The notes below the pieces were generated by a model. That model did no database searches. It had not been told where the DNA came from and saw nothing but the letters and a program-made list of their open reading frames with translations. A stretch of DNA of 64,000 bases from NCBI RefSeq assembly GCF_006345805.1, contig NC_043000.1, positions 47,616,001-47,680,000 on the forward strand, written 5' to 3'. Shown piece by piece: positions 1-11,385 of the stretch. Positions within the stretch are counted from its first letter, which is position 1, and the number at the start of each line of letters is the position of its first letter. The translations under genes were made by a program, and so were the position numbers. Source of the DNA: Octopus sinensis (Eukaryota).

Positions 1-1200
1 CACCCGCTAAAAGGAGGACTGGGCATGGTCGATGATGCGCAGACACGCGCTGAGACTCCGACATCTCAGGCTCTACGTAGACGACGGTGAACAGGTGTGA
101 TCGCCGTTTGTGAGGCACGCTTTCCCACAACTCGTCTCAATGGCCGAACTGCAGTCGTGGATCAAAAAGAGGCCGAGGAAGGGCGTATGGCACCGCGAGT
201 GACACATTGCTCTCAAGCAACTATGCCGTCCCGTGACTTCAATACAACCAAAGCATTTTATAGGGGATTAGTGGAGGGGGGTACGACGACGAGCTCGAGG
301 CGAACCTGGACGTCGACGAGGAATACCTGACCCGCCTGTTCAGGACTACTTTCGGACCAGGGCCCATGGACAACTTCCAGAGATCCCTGGCCTGGCAGTG
401 CTACCGAGAAGCGCTACCCGTTCGGGATAAGCTCTACAGACACGGCTCGAGAAACACGGGGCCGACCTGCCCGAGATGCGGTCAGAGCGACGAAACCGTT
501 CTGCACGCACTCGTGCAGTGTCCAACAATTTCCGACCCGTGGGCTTATGTCGACCGACTGCTGTCACGTGTCGGTTTATCAGCCGAGTCTATCGTCAATA
601 TTGTCACGCCTCCTTCCTTCAAACGGGAAGGAAGAGCTATTTTCATCATCCTTGTGGCTATGGCGAAAGAATGTATATGGTAGACGCGTCTGAAACGATT
701 GGAGACAAACACTTTCCTCTCTGGTCAATCTCTCATCAACTTTTTCAAGTATCACTTGAAAAAGAAAGTGAGAGTAGAGAGGCAAGTTTTGTCTAGCAAA
801 TGTTTAAAAAAAAGATGGGTGAATGTAGCAAGGATGACACGTATGAATGACGAAGCCACCTTGAGCATAATCGTATGAACCCGGAAAATTTAAAGAGGGT
901 TACCTACTTGCAAACAAATGTGGTAACATGTAATATCATTGACCAAGGTTACCGTGGTCCTTTCTGTAGGCTTTTCTTCCCACGGATAAACCGCATCTGC
1001 TTCCCCCTTTACACTTCACACCATGACACTGTGATACATGATCCCTATTGATCCTTTTTCTCCCTTTTTTCCCTTTTTTTCTTCTTTCCCTTTTACGATC
1101 TCTTTTGATCGAAAACCTAACCCACCTTTTTTTTTTCTCTCCACCCAAAATAAAAGCTCTACTTTGTATATGTGCAGCCCTGTGTGGCTAGTAAAGAAAC
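1..1200 (+). mobile_element. 3' part of a decayed Tx1/L1-clade LINE (ORF2 C-terminus with zinc-finger region, plus probable 3' UTR)
   Basis: HPLKGGLGM at 1-27; SLAWQCYREALPVRDKL...CPRCGQSDETVLHALVQCP (366-683) is a zf-RVT-like CCHC motif; in-frame stops and frameshifts; pyrimidine-rich 3' region with AATAAA near 1150, ending ...GTAAAGAAAC. Confidence 0.85.
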
Positions 1201-1206
1201 ATACAT

Positions 1207-1500
1207 CCCATCATCATCATCATCATCATCGTTTAACGTTCGCTTTCCATACTGGCATAGTTTGGACGATTTGACTGAGGACTGGCGAGCCAGAAGGCTG
1301 AACCAGACTCCAATCTTATCTGGCAAGTTTTCTACAACTGGATGCCCTTCCTAGCGCCAACCATTTCGAGAGTATAGTGCATGCTTTTTACGTGCCATCG
1401 ACATGGGAGCCAGTCAGGTGGTACTGGCATCGCCCACGCTCGAATGGTGCTTTTTACGTACCAGCGGAACGGGGGCCAGTTAGGCTGCACTGGCATCGAC
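1207..1500 (-). mobile_element. SINE or RTE-like 3' end with (ATG)n tail
   Basis: (CAT)n followed by CGTTTAACGTTCGCTTTCCATACTGGCAT; a degenerate relative lies at ~21985-22200. Confidence 0.6.
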
Positions 1501-1519
1501 CAAGACAACGATTTCTCTT

Positions 1520-2301
1520 GACTCAACAAGTCTTCACAAACACAGCATATAGGATTTATGGAGGGTCAAACTAGGGAACAAAAACATGACAGTGGCGACA
1601 TACAAGGAAACCGAACGAAAACAAATATCGAGGGTCATTAGATCAGAACGAGAATAAAATAATGAACGCTGGGGGAAATATTTTCTTTGAAAAGAGAAAA
1701 GATAGAAGAGAGATTCCGCCTTCTCTAGTTCCATTTTTCTTCCCTCCCTCTTTCGCCGTTTTCTGTCTGTCCTCTCCCTCTCGCTTTCTCCCTCTTTCTG
1801 CTTTCTCTCTCTCTCTCTCTCGTTGCTCGCACGTGACCATCGTTCATCGTTTTTTCCTCACGTGACCATCTTTCTCTTCCTGCACCGACGTTCAAAAGAC
1901 TGGATGTTTTTTCTCTCTCTTTTATCTTGTATCTTTTCAAAGAAAATATTTCTCCCAGCGTTCACCATTTACCTCTCGTTCTGGTTTAACGACCCTCCGT
2001 GCTTGTTTGTGTTCGGTTTCCTTTTGTATGTCGCCACTGTCATGTTTTTGTTCCCAAATTTGACCCTCCATAAATCCTAAATTTTATTTCAGAACTTATG
2101 GGAGCAACTGTTTTGAAGACTCATATTGTCGTTGAATGCTCGAAGTGATGAGTAGATAGACGGCCGACAAGTGATGAAGGGTCGTTTCTTTGTGTTTATT
2201 TGTCCTGTTTTCCATTTTTTCTCTCGTTGTTTGCACTTTTAACTCGTTTGTTTTCGTATTTTATGTTGTTTACACACTTGGTGGCGTCTTGTACCCATAT
2301 A

Positions 2302-2310
<9 letters not shown>
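1520..2310. mobile_element. Fold-back repeat (inverted partial copy plus direct copy), probably derived from a Penelope-like element terminus
   Basis: ~1548-1720 is the reverse complement of ~1912-2080; the right arm continues to CCCATATATGCATA(TA)n; same family at 27590-28290. PLE origin is inference. Confidence 0.6.
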
Positions 2311-2345
<35 letters not shown>

Positions 2346-2409
2346 TTATGTTATTATTTAATTGAACGCCACACATCCATTTCCAACTATGTTAATATAC
2401 ATACATACA

Positions 2410-2499
<90 letters not shown>

Positions 2500-2501
<2 letters not shown>

Positions 2502-2625
2502 AGATTTTACGAAAAAAACAAAAGACGAAGACAGGTGGTGTACAAAACAAACAGATGTATTAGTATAACGCTCAAGAATAGAAAAAGTATTTTACGTTTC
2601 GAGCCTACGTTCTTCTACAGGAAGG
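2500..2625 (-). mobile_element. Penelope-like terminal fragment with vestigial hammerhead-like sequence
   Basis: Minus strand reads CTGTAGAAGAACGTAGGCTCGAAACGTA, next to (TA)n. Confidence 0.4.
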
Positions 2626-3014
2626 CGGATGATGATAATGATGATAAATATGTATGTATGTATGTATGTATATATGTGTATCACCAATTTGTCCAAGATA
2701 CTGTATATGCATACATGATTACTAAGGAGTATTGTCTTTTTAATTATGTGTATAATGTATATCCACTTAACCTAAATGCATAACAAGTGTCATGCAATAT
2801 ATGTCCAAATGCTTGAAAAGATATTTTTTATTCTTCAAGTAATTATTAGATTTTGTCTTCTCCTGAGAATTAACGAAAAGATAAATTGCATGACAAAAAG
2901 GGAACAGTAAATAATTCTTCAATAAATTGTACTACATATTCTTCCTGACTTCAAAGAATACACTTTTCCATACATATCGACACACATGTACTCGCACATA
3001 TGTATGTATGTATG

Positions 3015-3094
<80 letters not shown>

Positions 3095-3252
3095 TGTGTG
3101 TCACACATTCATATGCATATATATGTATATCTATGTATATGTTTATATATATACATATATATATTATATGTGTGTACATATATTATATACATATATATAT
3201 ATTATATATATATAGATAGATAGATAGATATACATATATGTATATATATATG

Positions 3253-3294
<42 letters not shown>

Positions 3295-3570
3295 GCATAA
3301 ACATATATATATATATATATATATATATAAACGTGCATACATATATGCTTATATGTGTGTGTGTTTATGTTTGTATGTATGTATCTATCTATCTAGACAG
3401 ATAGAGAGATATACATGAATGAGTTGGTGGACATATAAATACATATACACATATCTATCTACCTATGTGTATGTATATACACACAACGCATACATGTTCC
3501 ATCGTATATATGTATGGAAATGAATATGCGTACACAAAGGATCTAACTTCCCTGTATATATATATATACG

Positions 3571-3628
<58 letters not shown>

Positions 3629-3673
3629 TAGATAAGAAAGTTGGTTTGTGAAAGCACGTGGTTGAATATATAG

Positions 3674-3810
3674 AGAATAGTAAAAAGTGAAAAAACTACA
3701 GAAGGCTTGTTTTAAAAATTTATAATATTCTTCAGACATATTGACTTAAATATATATTCTTTAACCTTTTAAAACAAGCCTTCTGTAGTTTTTTCACTTT
3801 TTACTATTCT
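3674..3810. repeat. Perfect inverted repeat, 44-bp arms, 49-bp spacer
   Basis: 3674-3717 is the exact reverse complement of 3767-3810; (TA)n on the right. Confidence 0.9.
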
Positions 3811-3831
3811 ATATATATATATATATATATA

Positions 3832-3864
<33 letters not shown>

Positions 3865-4357
3865 GATAGATATATATACATATATATATATTATATATGT
3901 ATATTTGTATGTATGTTTTTCTGTATAAACATATATAGTTGATGATAGTTACACACAGAGGCACATAATGTATACATGTACTTATACAAGTACTTGCGTG
4001 TGCACATACATGTGTATATGCATATGTGTACACACACAAATATATCGTAACTTATCCAGAAGTTTACTGGCATTGAGACTAATAGCTAAAATATTCATTT
4101 GTCCATTTTCTCATATATGTCGTGAGTGATTGGTTACAATCAACGTATTCTGTAAATCATAAGAATTGAAGTAATTTACTAACAGTTAGTAGACATAAAT
4201 GATTATGTTAGAGAACAGCTTTCTATCTGAAAACGGAATCAGTAAACACATCGCTTACGTGACTGTAGCAGCCTCTACATGGTTACACAATTCGCTGGAT
4301 GTAGCACAAAATCTCCTTCAAACTTTACTGTACTGCTTTAATATTTGCCTGCATGAA

Positions 4358-4956
4358 GGCGGCGAGCTGGTAGAAACGTTAACACGCCGGGCGAAATGCT
4401 TCGCGGTATTTCGTCTGCCGCTACGTTCTGAGTTCAAATTCCGCCGAGGTCGACTTTGCCTTTCATCCTTTCGGGATTGATTAAATAAGTACCAGTTACG
4501 CACTGGAGTCAATGTAATCGACTTAATCCGTGTGTCTGTTCGTGTTTAGCGCCTTGTGGGTAGTAAAGAAATAGGTATTTCGTCTGCCGTTACATTCTGA
4601 GTTCAAATTCCGCCGAGATTGACTTTGCCTTTCATCCTTTCGGGGTCGATTAGATAAGTACCAGTTAATCACTGGGATCGATATAATCGACTTAATCCGT
4701 TTGTCTGTCTTTGCTTATCCCCTCTGTGTGTAGCCCTTTGTGGGCAGTAAAGAAATAAGAAACGTTAGCAACCCGGGTGAAATGGTTAGCAGTATTTCGT
4801 CTATCTTTACGTTCTGAGTTCAAATTCTGCCGATGCCGACTTTGCCTTTCATCCTTTCGGGGTCGATAAATTAAGTACCAGTTACGTATTGGGGTCAATC
4901 TTATCGACTGGCTCCCCCTTATAATTTCGGGCCTTATGCCTAGAGCAGAAAAGAAT
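4358..4956 (+). mobile_element. Composite tRNA-SINE family A (head + body + body + partial head/body with a different tail)
   Basis: Head GGCGGCGAGCTGG, B-box-like GAGTTCAAATTC, core GCCTTTCATCCTTTCGGGGTCGAT; junctions GAAATAG|GTATTTCG at 4574/4575 and GAAATA|AGAAACGTTAGCA at 4757/4758. Confidence 0.85.
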
Positions 4957-5264
4957 ATTTCATTATGTCGAAGGCGGAGAGCTGGAAGAACGAATATATA
5001 AATCCCATAAAATAACTGAGAAAAAAACCTACATACTTTAAATAACTTTTTTTGTTTTTCTATTAACTACTGAGAAGTACAAGTATGACTATTACGATTT
5101 TCTATTTATGAATATCTGAGTCCATTAGTACGAAACAATTGTATAGCAATATGAAAAATAAAAACTATAATCCATTTTAACCTCGAATCTCCATCATTAC
5201 ATAAATATGAATGAATTTGTTGAACTTTGTTTAATAAGTCATATACTGATTATTGTATATATAT

Positions 5265-5306
<42 letters not shown>

Positions 5307-5869
5307 TATATATATGCATATGTGTGTGCATGTATGTGTGTGTGTGGTTATTTCTGAATTAATTAATAAATTTATAGCTCTTTATAACTTTGCTTCCATT
5401 ATGTTATAGATTTTTACCATAACTTTTATTTCGCTTCCTGGTCGAAGTTCTTTGAAGTGTAGCATTAGAAACTACGAACGTCATGACAAAACAAAATGAT
5501 AATGCGCATGTGGAAATACCACCCTTTATGAAGTTTTATATTCAGATATTGATTATAAATTTACAGATCTTGGTAACATTGTTTCATTGTGTTAAAGATT
5601 TCAATTATGTCTTTGATCCACTTCCATAGTTATAATTGCTTAAGTGTAACACTGAGACATATATGAACATTGTGACAAGTAGAATAATATTAGTGATTAT
5701 GTGAAATTCTAAAAGCTGCATTTTTTCCCCCAGAAATTGCAGAGCAACAAGAGTATAGCACAAAATTTCTTACCATATTTAATTATATTCCTTGATATTC
5801 TGAATTCAAATCCAACGATATTTATCATTATGAATAATTTTAATACATCAATACATACGCAGATACATA

Positions 5870-6079
5870 CGAGGGTTTGCTGAAAAGTACCTGGCTTTAA
5901 GAGTTTAGCAAAGGGCCTGGCTCAACCCTCCGAATTCTTTTACTGGACTCAGAAAAACTGAAGGACCGCTGAAATTAGTGTGCGAATCTGAGAGGAGAAC
6001 ATATTGAATAAAATCATAATTAACTGTTCCTCCTCTATTTTCTTTTACTCAAAGCCAAGAACTTTTCAGCAGCCTCTCG
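5870..6079. mobile_element. Mariner-type MITE
   Basis: TIRs CGAGGGTTTGCTGAAAAGTACCTGGCTTT / AAAGCCAAGAACTTTTCAGCAGCCTCTCG, flanked by TA at 5868-5869 and 6080-6081. Confidence 0.85.
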
Positions 6080-6134
6080 TATATACACACATATATGTGT
6101 GTATATGTATGTATGTATGTATGTATGTATACCC

Positions 6135-6600
6135 ATCAGGGTCCCATCTATGGGTTATATAGGTTTCTCAGGGGTAGAGAAGGCTCCCGTTATTTTTGAC
6201 AAAACCGTACTTAGAGCAGTCCTTCTAAGAGAAAAATACTGATGCAAAAGAAGCAGTCGAAGTAATACCCGTGATCTTCCAATACTTGTTACTGGAATCT
6301 ACTATGCTGACTGAGAGAGTGACAAAAATTTTGTACGAGCTTTTGTCGCTTAAATCCAAAGATGTACAGATGTCTCTGAATGTGCGATGGCTATCATCTA
6401 ACAAGATAAGTAAATCATTATATGTATAATGTATGGCTTCGACAGAAAGGTAAAGGCAGCAGTTATGGCATCGTTGCAGGATATTTAAGACAAGAACAAA
6501 GAGAAAAAGATACCACTGATATTTAATCAGAATGCTTCGGACAGAGTGGATTTTGCGAAAAGCAATCACCTAAGTAGCAGGTGGTAGGTAAAAATACACC
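6135..6600 (+). pseudogene. Decayed Tc1-like transposase fragment
   Basis: KKIPLIFNQNASDRVDFAKSNHLSSRW (from ~6504) resembles the Tc1 KKPLL...RLxFAKxH linker; many stops. Confidence 0.4.
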
Positions 6601-6714
6601 TGCACAATAATGTATGTTATTTTTAATAATGCAATCCAGCTCTCTATACATTAGATTAATTTATGGTTCTAACACTCCAAGAAATCCTTCTCTCTCTCTC
6701 TCTATCTATCTATG

Positions 6715-6756
<42 letters not shown>

Positions 6757-7023
6757 ACCTATCTTTCTATTAATCTATCTCTTTCTCACCACACGCACGC
6801 GCGCGCGCACACATATATGATATATCCCATTGAGAAGAGAAAAAAACTCGAAACATCAATATCTGGGACTTCTGATAGATGGCAACACTGAACAAACCGG
6901 GCGTTTTCACATCTTTTTACCATAAGTGATATATTTCCTCCGCGGTAATTGCAGTTAATTTGTCTTCTAGCAGTTGAAATATGTCACAAACATATTCTAA
7001 CTAACCTAAATTATGCTTATATA

Positions 7024-7105
<82 letters not shown>

Positions 7106-7110
<5 letters not shown>

Positions 7111-7287
7111 TAGGAAGAAATGGAGCTGAACGAAGATTTAACAAAATTCCTTTTTATTATGTTCTACATATGTTTCAAAGGCTGCAAAGTCCCTAATTAG
7201 GGACTTTGCAGCCTTTGAAACATATGTAGAAAATAATAAAAAGGAATTTTGTTAAATCTTCGTTCAGCTCCATTTCTTCCTACACTA
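7106..7287. repeat. 182-bp spacer-less palindrome (one mismatch) from a PLE-like end
   Basis: Centre CTAATTAG at 7193-7200; each arm carries GAAACATATGTAG followed by AATAAAAAGG. Confidence 0.95.
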
Positions 7288-7444
7288 AATAAATATATAA
7301 AACTTCAAATTTCCGCACTAAGGCACGGGTTTGAGACCCCATGGTCGTAACCTCAACCGTGATTTTTCTGTTGTGATTTTTGCTACCCAGGTATCGGTTA
7401 TCATTTGAATAATCCGTAATAAGATAATTCATTTATCTACTTCA

Positions 7445-7489
<45 letters not shown>

Positions 7490-7558
7490 TAAGAATTTTT
7501 TGCGTAATAAGATAAAAAACCAAGGCTGTATAGATATTAGAGCATTTATAGATAGAAG

Positions 7559-7610
7559 GTCTTACAGCTGTTTCTAGGATATTAATTAATAATATCCCTT
7601 CATCGGAGAC
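7559..7610 (-). ncRNA. Minimal type-I hammerhead ribozyme motif (U4C core variant) in a PLE-like terminal repeat
   Basis: Minus strand: GTCT-CCGATGA-A-GGGATATTA..TAATATCCT-A-GAAACAGCTGT-A-AGAC. Stem I GUCU/AGAC, 8-bp stem II, palindromic stem III ACAGCUGU, GUA cleavage triplet. Confidence 0.7.
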
Positions 7611-7886
7611 GGTGTGAGAGGAAAAATTAAGTCATAGTTAGTTTCGATGTGATACAAAATAGAGAGTAAGGTGGAGGAAAGAAAATAGGTGTAAGATATG
7701 TATGGTTATTGAATTTGTAAATCCGTTTTATAGGCATAATAGTATATATGTGTAATATTCCAATATCCTTTGAGTAAAATCCAAAAGTCCAACAGAGTTT
7801 AATGAGTCCATACAAATATAGTGTTTATAAGCAATGTAAGATTCTCTTAAACTTGGTCATTCCCAGTAGGGAATTTATATAGAGTG

Positions 7887-7994
<108 letters not shown>

Positions 7995-8594
7995 ACATAC
8001 ATACAAACACACTCACACAAATACACACGCGCGCAACTCAGTGCTATAGTCATAGCTGGAATGTTCTTCCATCTGCACATGAATATGAAGGCCTACGCAA
8101 TGTGTTTTTCCTATGGAAGATTTGTAGTTACCCATGAATGCATACCCAAGGAAGAGGCTGCCGACTGATGCAAATGTTACTGACGTTGCTGATAGAACGC
8201 TATGACGAGATACTGCAAAGTAACCCGCCCGGCTCTTTAACAGTTTCACCGATCCACCACCTAGGATTTTTTTTATGGATAAAAAGTAAAATCGACCTTT
8301 GGCGGGATTTGAACACAACGCAGTGAGTCAGAATAAATTCTGCGACAAATTCTATTCAACCCTCTTCCAAGATATGACGATGCACCACCGTAAATCATTT
8401 ACATAGGTGATCCTGAGAACACTCCAACAGAACGACGAAGGCTCTTGAAAATTATTCGGGCTTTTTTCCCCTGACATCTGATAAAGTACCCCCTTGCAGC
8501 GATCCAACCAAATTACTGAACTTTCAACGAACTGCATGCAGCGTCGTTCTGCTCGCATTAAAAGGCTAACAGAAATACGTTATCCCACGTAAAA

Positions 8595-8800
8595 TTAATG
8601 TAGCGAGTAAGTAGAAGCGTTAGCACACCGGAAAAAGAAATACTTAATGGTATTTCTTCCGGTTTTATGTTTTGAGTCTAGATTTCGTCATACTTTCGGG
8701 GGGGGGGGTCGATGAAATAAGTACCAGTTGAGTACTGGGGTTGATGTAATCGATCAGTTTCCTTCCCACAAAAATTCAAAGCTTTTGTCTATAGTAGAAA
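8595..8800 (+). mobile_element. Degenerate SINE family A copy
   Basis: AGAAGCGTTAGCACACCGG...GGTCGATGAAATAAGTACCAGTTGAGTACTGGGG. Confidence 0.65.
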
Positions 8801-9662
8801 GAATTATTATACTTACAAATTATGTTGAGATATTATTCTCATGATTTACCTATTTTAATAATGAAATTGTTCGTATGTGATTTAGTATTTTTCTTTAAGG
8901 TATGGACTCTAATAATTTCATGTTGTTATGATAATAGAAATGTTTGGATCTTTTCAAGATTCCCTAGCTACACCTGTTGCTGTTATAAAACTAATTCTAT
9001 CACAGCAGGTCTTCAGAACTATTAGTAAATTAAAGGTGACTCAAAGCTAATTTATGTTTTCACTTTTACTATTTCACTGAGCATCAGTTACATCTGCAGA
9101 TTAATAAACCTCAGCGTCTATGCCTGCATATTTTAGAATTGTTATCCATGTAACTTTATAACAAAGTAATGGTTAATTCCTTCATATAATTGGAATAGCA
9201 GCTCATTTTGCTGTAAGATACTGATTTGTCTTGTATGCGACTACCACTAGACTGAATATTGCGCTCTCACCACAGAAAACATTCGAGAACAAATTAATAT
9301 TGAGGAACATTGCAACAGATATTAACTACATTATAAGCATATGCCTGTCTCCATGGTGGGTAGAATCCAGTCGATTGCAATTGAAGGTGAAACGCGTTAA
9401 CATACAATGGATACTTTAACAACGTCTGTTCTTGAAATTCTAAACTCGTTCAAAGCTCTTGCTTTCATATAACACGAAAGTATTAGTTCTCAAATATTAA
9501 AACACTTATTCATTCAAATTATCCCTATGCATACTAGGAAAATAATAAAAAACGTCTACTCTTTTTTCTGTTCCTACATTAATATGAACTTGCATCAGCA
9601 ACAGTTATAGTACACGACATTACTGAAGATCCTCCTTCAGAGTATATATATCCAAATTGCCT

Positions 9663-10040
9663 GGAGGCGCAATGGCCCAGTGGTTAGGGCAGCGGACTCG
9701 CGGTTTCAATTCCCAGACCGGGCGTTGTGAGTGTTTATTGAGCGAAAACACCTATAGCTCCACGAGGCTCCGGCAGGGATGGTGGTGCTACCTGCTGTAC
9801 TCTTTCACCTCAACTTTCTCTCACCCTTATTTCCTGTTTCTGTTGTACCTGTATTTCAAGGGGCCGGCCTTGTCACTCTCTGTGTCACGCTGAATATCCC
9901 CGAGAACTACGTTAAGGGTGCACGTGTCTGTGGAGTGCTCAGCCACTTACACGTTAATTTCACGAGCAAGCTGTTCCGTTAATTCGGATCAACCGGAACC
10001 CTCATCGTCGTAACCGACGGAGTGCTTCCATCCCATCCAT
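9663..10040 (+). mobile_element. tRNA-derived SINE family C
   Basis: GGAGGCGCAATGGCCCAGTGGTTAGGGCAGCGGACTCGCGGTTTCAATTCCC head; highly similar 5'-truncated copy at 41495-41815. Confidence 0.85.
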
Positions 10041-10291
10041 ATTGCCTATGATGTTATTGTTAGATTCAATAAATTGGGTTCAACTGATGCTAACTGAGAT
10101 TATAGTGCATTTGTCTGGATGTTATTTCCCTATACGCAACCGATCACCTCAGCTTTTTAGGGACAGCCCGAGAGATTACCTATCTTCCAGCAACATCGAT
10201 TTTATTCCCATTTCTTTTTTTCATTCGCTATACACCCAACGTCATATTCGTTCGTGAGCTCATAATCCTGTTGTGACAGGTACATACATAC

Positions 10292-10520
10292 AGAAATGTT
10301 ACAGGAATATCATTGGGAGCTTGAATATAGGCATACTGGATCCCAAAGCACCGAGTACCCAGTGCTACTACAGTTTCTTTACGAGAGGCGTAAACGGTAT
10401 TATGTTTATTAACTTCATATTGTGAAAAAGCAGAAAATGTTCTAAAGTTGTTTGAGAGTGTAGAACACATAAGATTTCTGATATTAAACATCAAGCAGAA
10501 TAGTAATTCTTTCCACTCCT
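10292..10520 (-). CDS. Candidate internal exon of an unidentified gene
   Basis: Open frame (EWKELLFCLMFNIRNL...YAYIQAPNDIPVTF) in unique sequence, bounded by AG and a GTATGT donor, 229 nt; no family recognised and no partner exon found. Confidence 0.2.
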
Positions 10521-10569
10521 CTATTTCCAGTTGAAAATAACATACATACATATATTCATACATACAAAC

Positions 10570-10642
<73 letters not shown>

Positions 10643-11059
10643 ATAGTCACCAATGTTTGCATGAAATCTGCTAAAAAAGAAAAAGGCTTTTCATCCATCT
10701 CGAATCAGCGTTTACATATATTGCTAAATCAGCATATCAATAACGCTATCAGTCGTACTGAAAATATATGATGATACGTAGAAAGTAAGATAGTCAACAT
10801 TAAGGAATTCCATAACATTCTCAGATGGAATAGATTCTCTCAAGCGTTTACTAATATATGTTCCCGCAAAAGGGAGGAAAATGAAAAAAGAAAAAAGAGC
10901 AAATTCACTCTAGGAGAATCTATTTCTTCAGGATCTCTAACTTAAGTATATATTTCTCTAACACAATCAGGACCTGTTTGTGTAGAGAAAAACTGGATAT
11001 TCACTTCAATCTTTCAAGATCTTTTTTACGTAACTACTTTTTTTTTTTTTTCAAAACAC

Positions 11060-11385
11060 GGGTCTCTGATCAGGACAAAATATGATGGTAGTCTCTCGTA
11101 CTTCCAGTAAAAGTGGTTCTGCAGTATCTTGCTGAATAACCTGCACAGATGATTTGTTTTTATAGTGATCAAATGTTTGTGCTGTATATTAGATCGCTCC
11201 CCTCCATCAAATCGACGTTGCTTGAACAGGTACACAGTGTACCACATGTCAGGTGTTGAAGTGATAGCTGGGCAACTTGAGATTAAGTGTTCTGCTCAAG
11301 AACACAACGCACCACCAGTCTAGGAACTGAAACCACAATCTCGTGATCATGGGTGCAACAGCCTAACTACTGGGCCATGCACTTT
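11060..11385 (-). mobile_element. SINE family D copy with tail
   Basis: AAGTGTTCTGCTCAAGAACACAACGC...GAAACCACAATCTCGTGATC; tail segment shared with ~32440-32600. Confidence 0.6.

Noticed and set aside
2590-2622. Hammerhead call for CTGTAGA...GCTCGAAACGTA; similar partial motifs at ~14185-14225, ~26640-26685 and in the 3.7-kb spacer
   Set aside because: The core deviates at conserved positions and stem I does not pair; kept only as possible vestiges.
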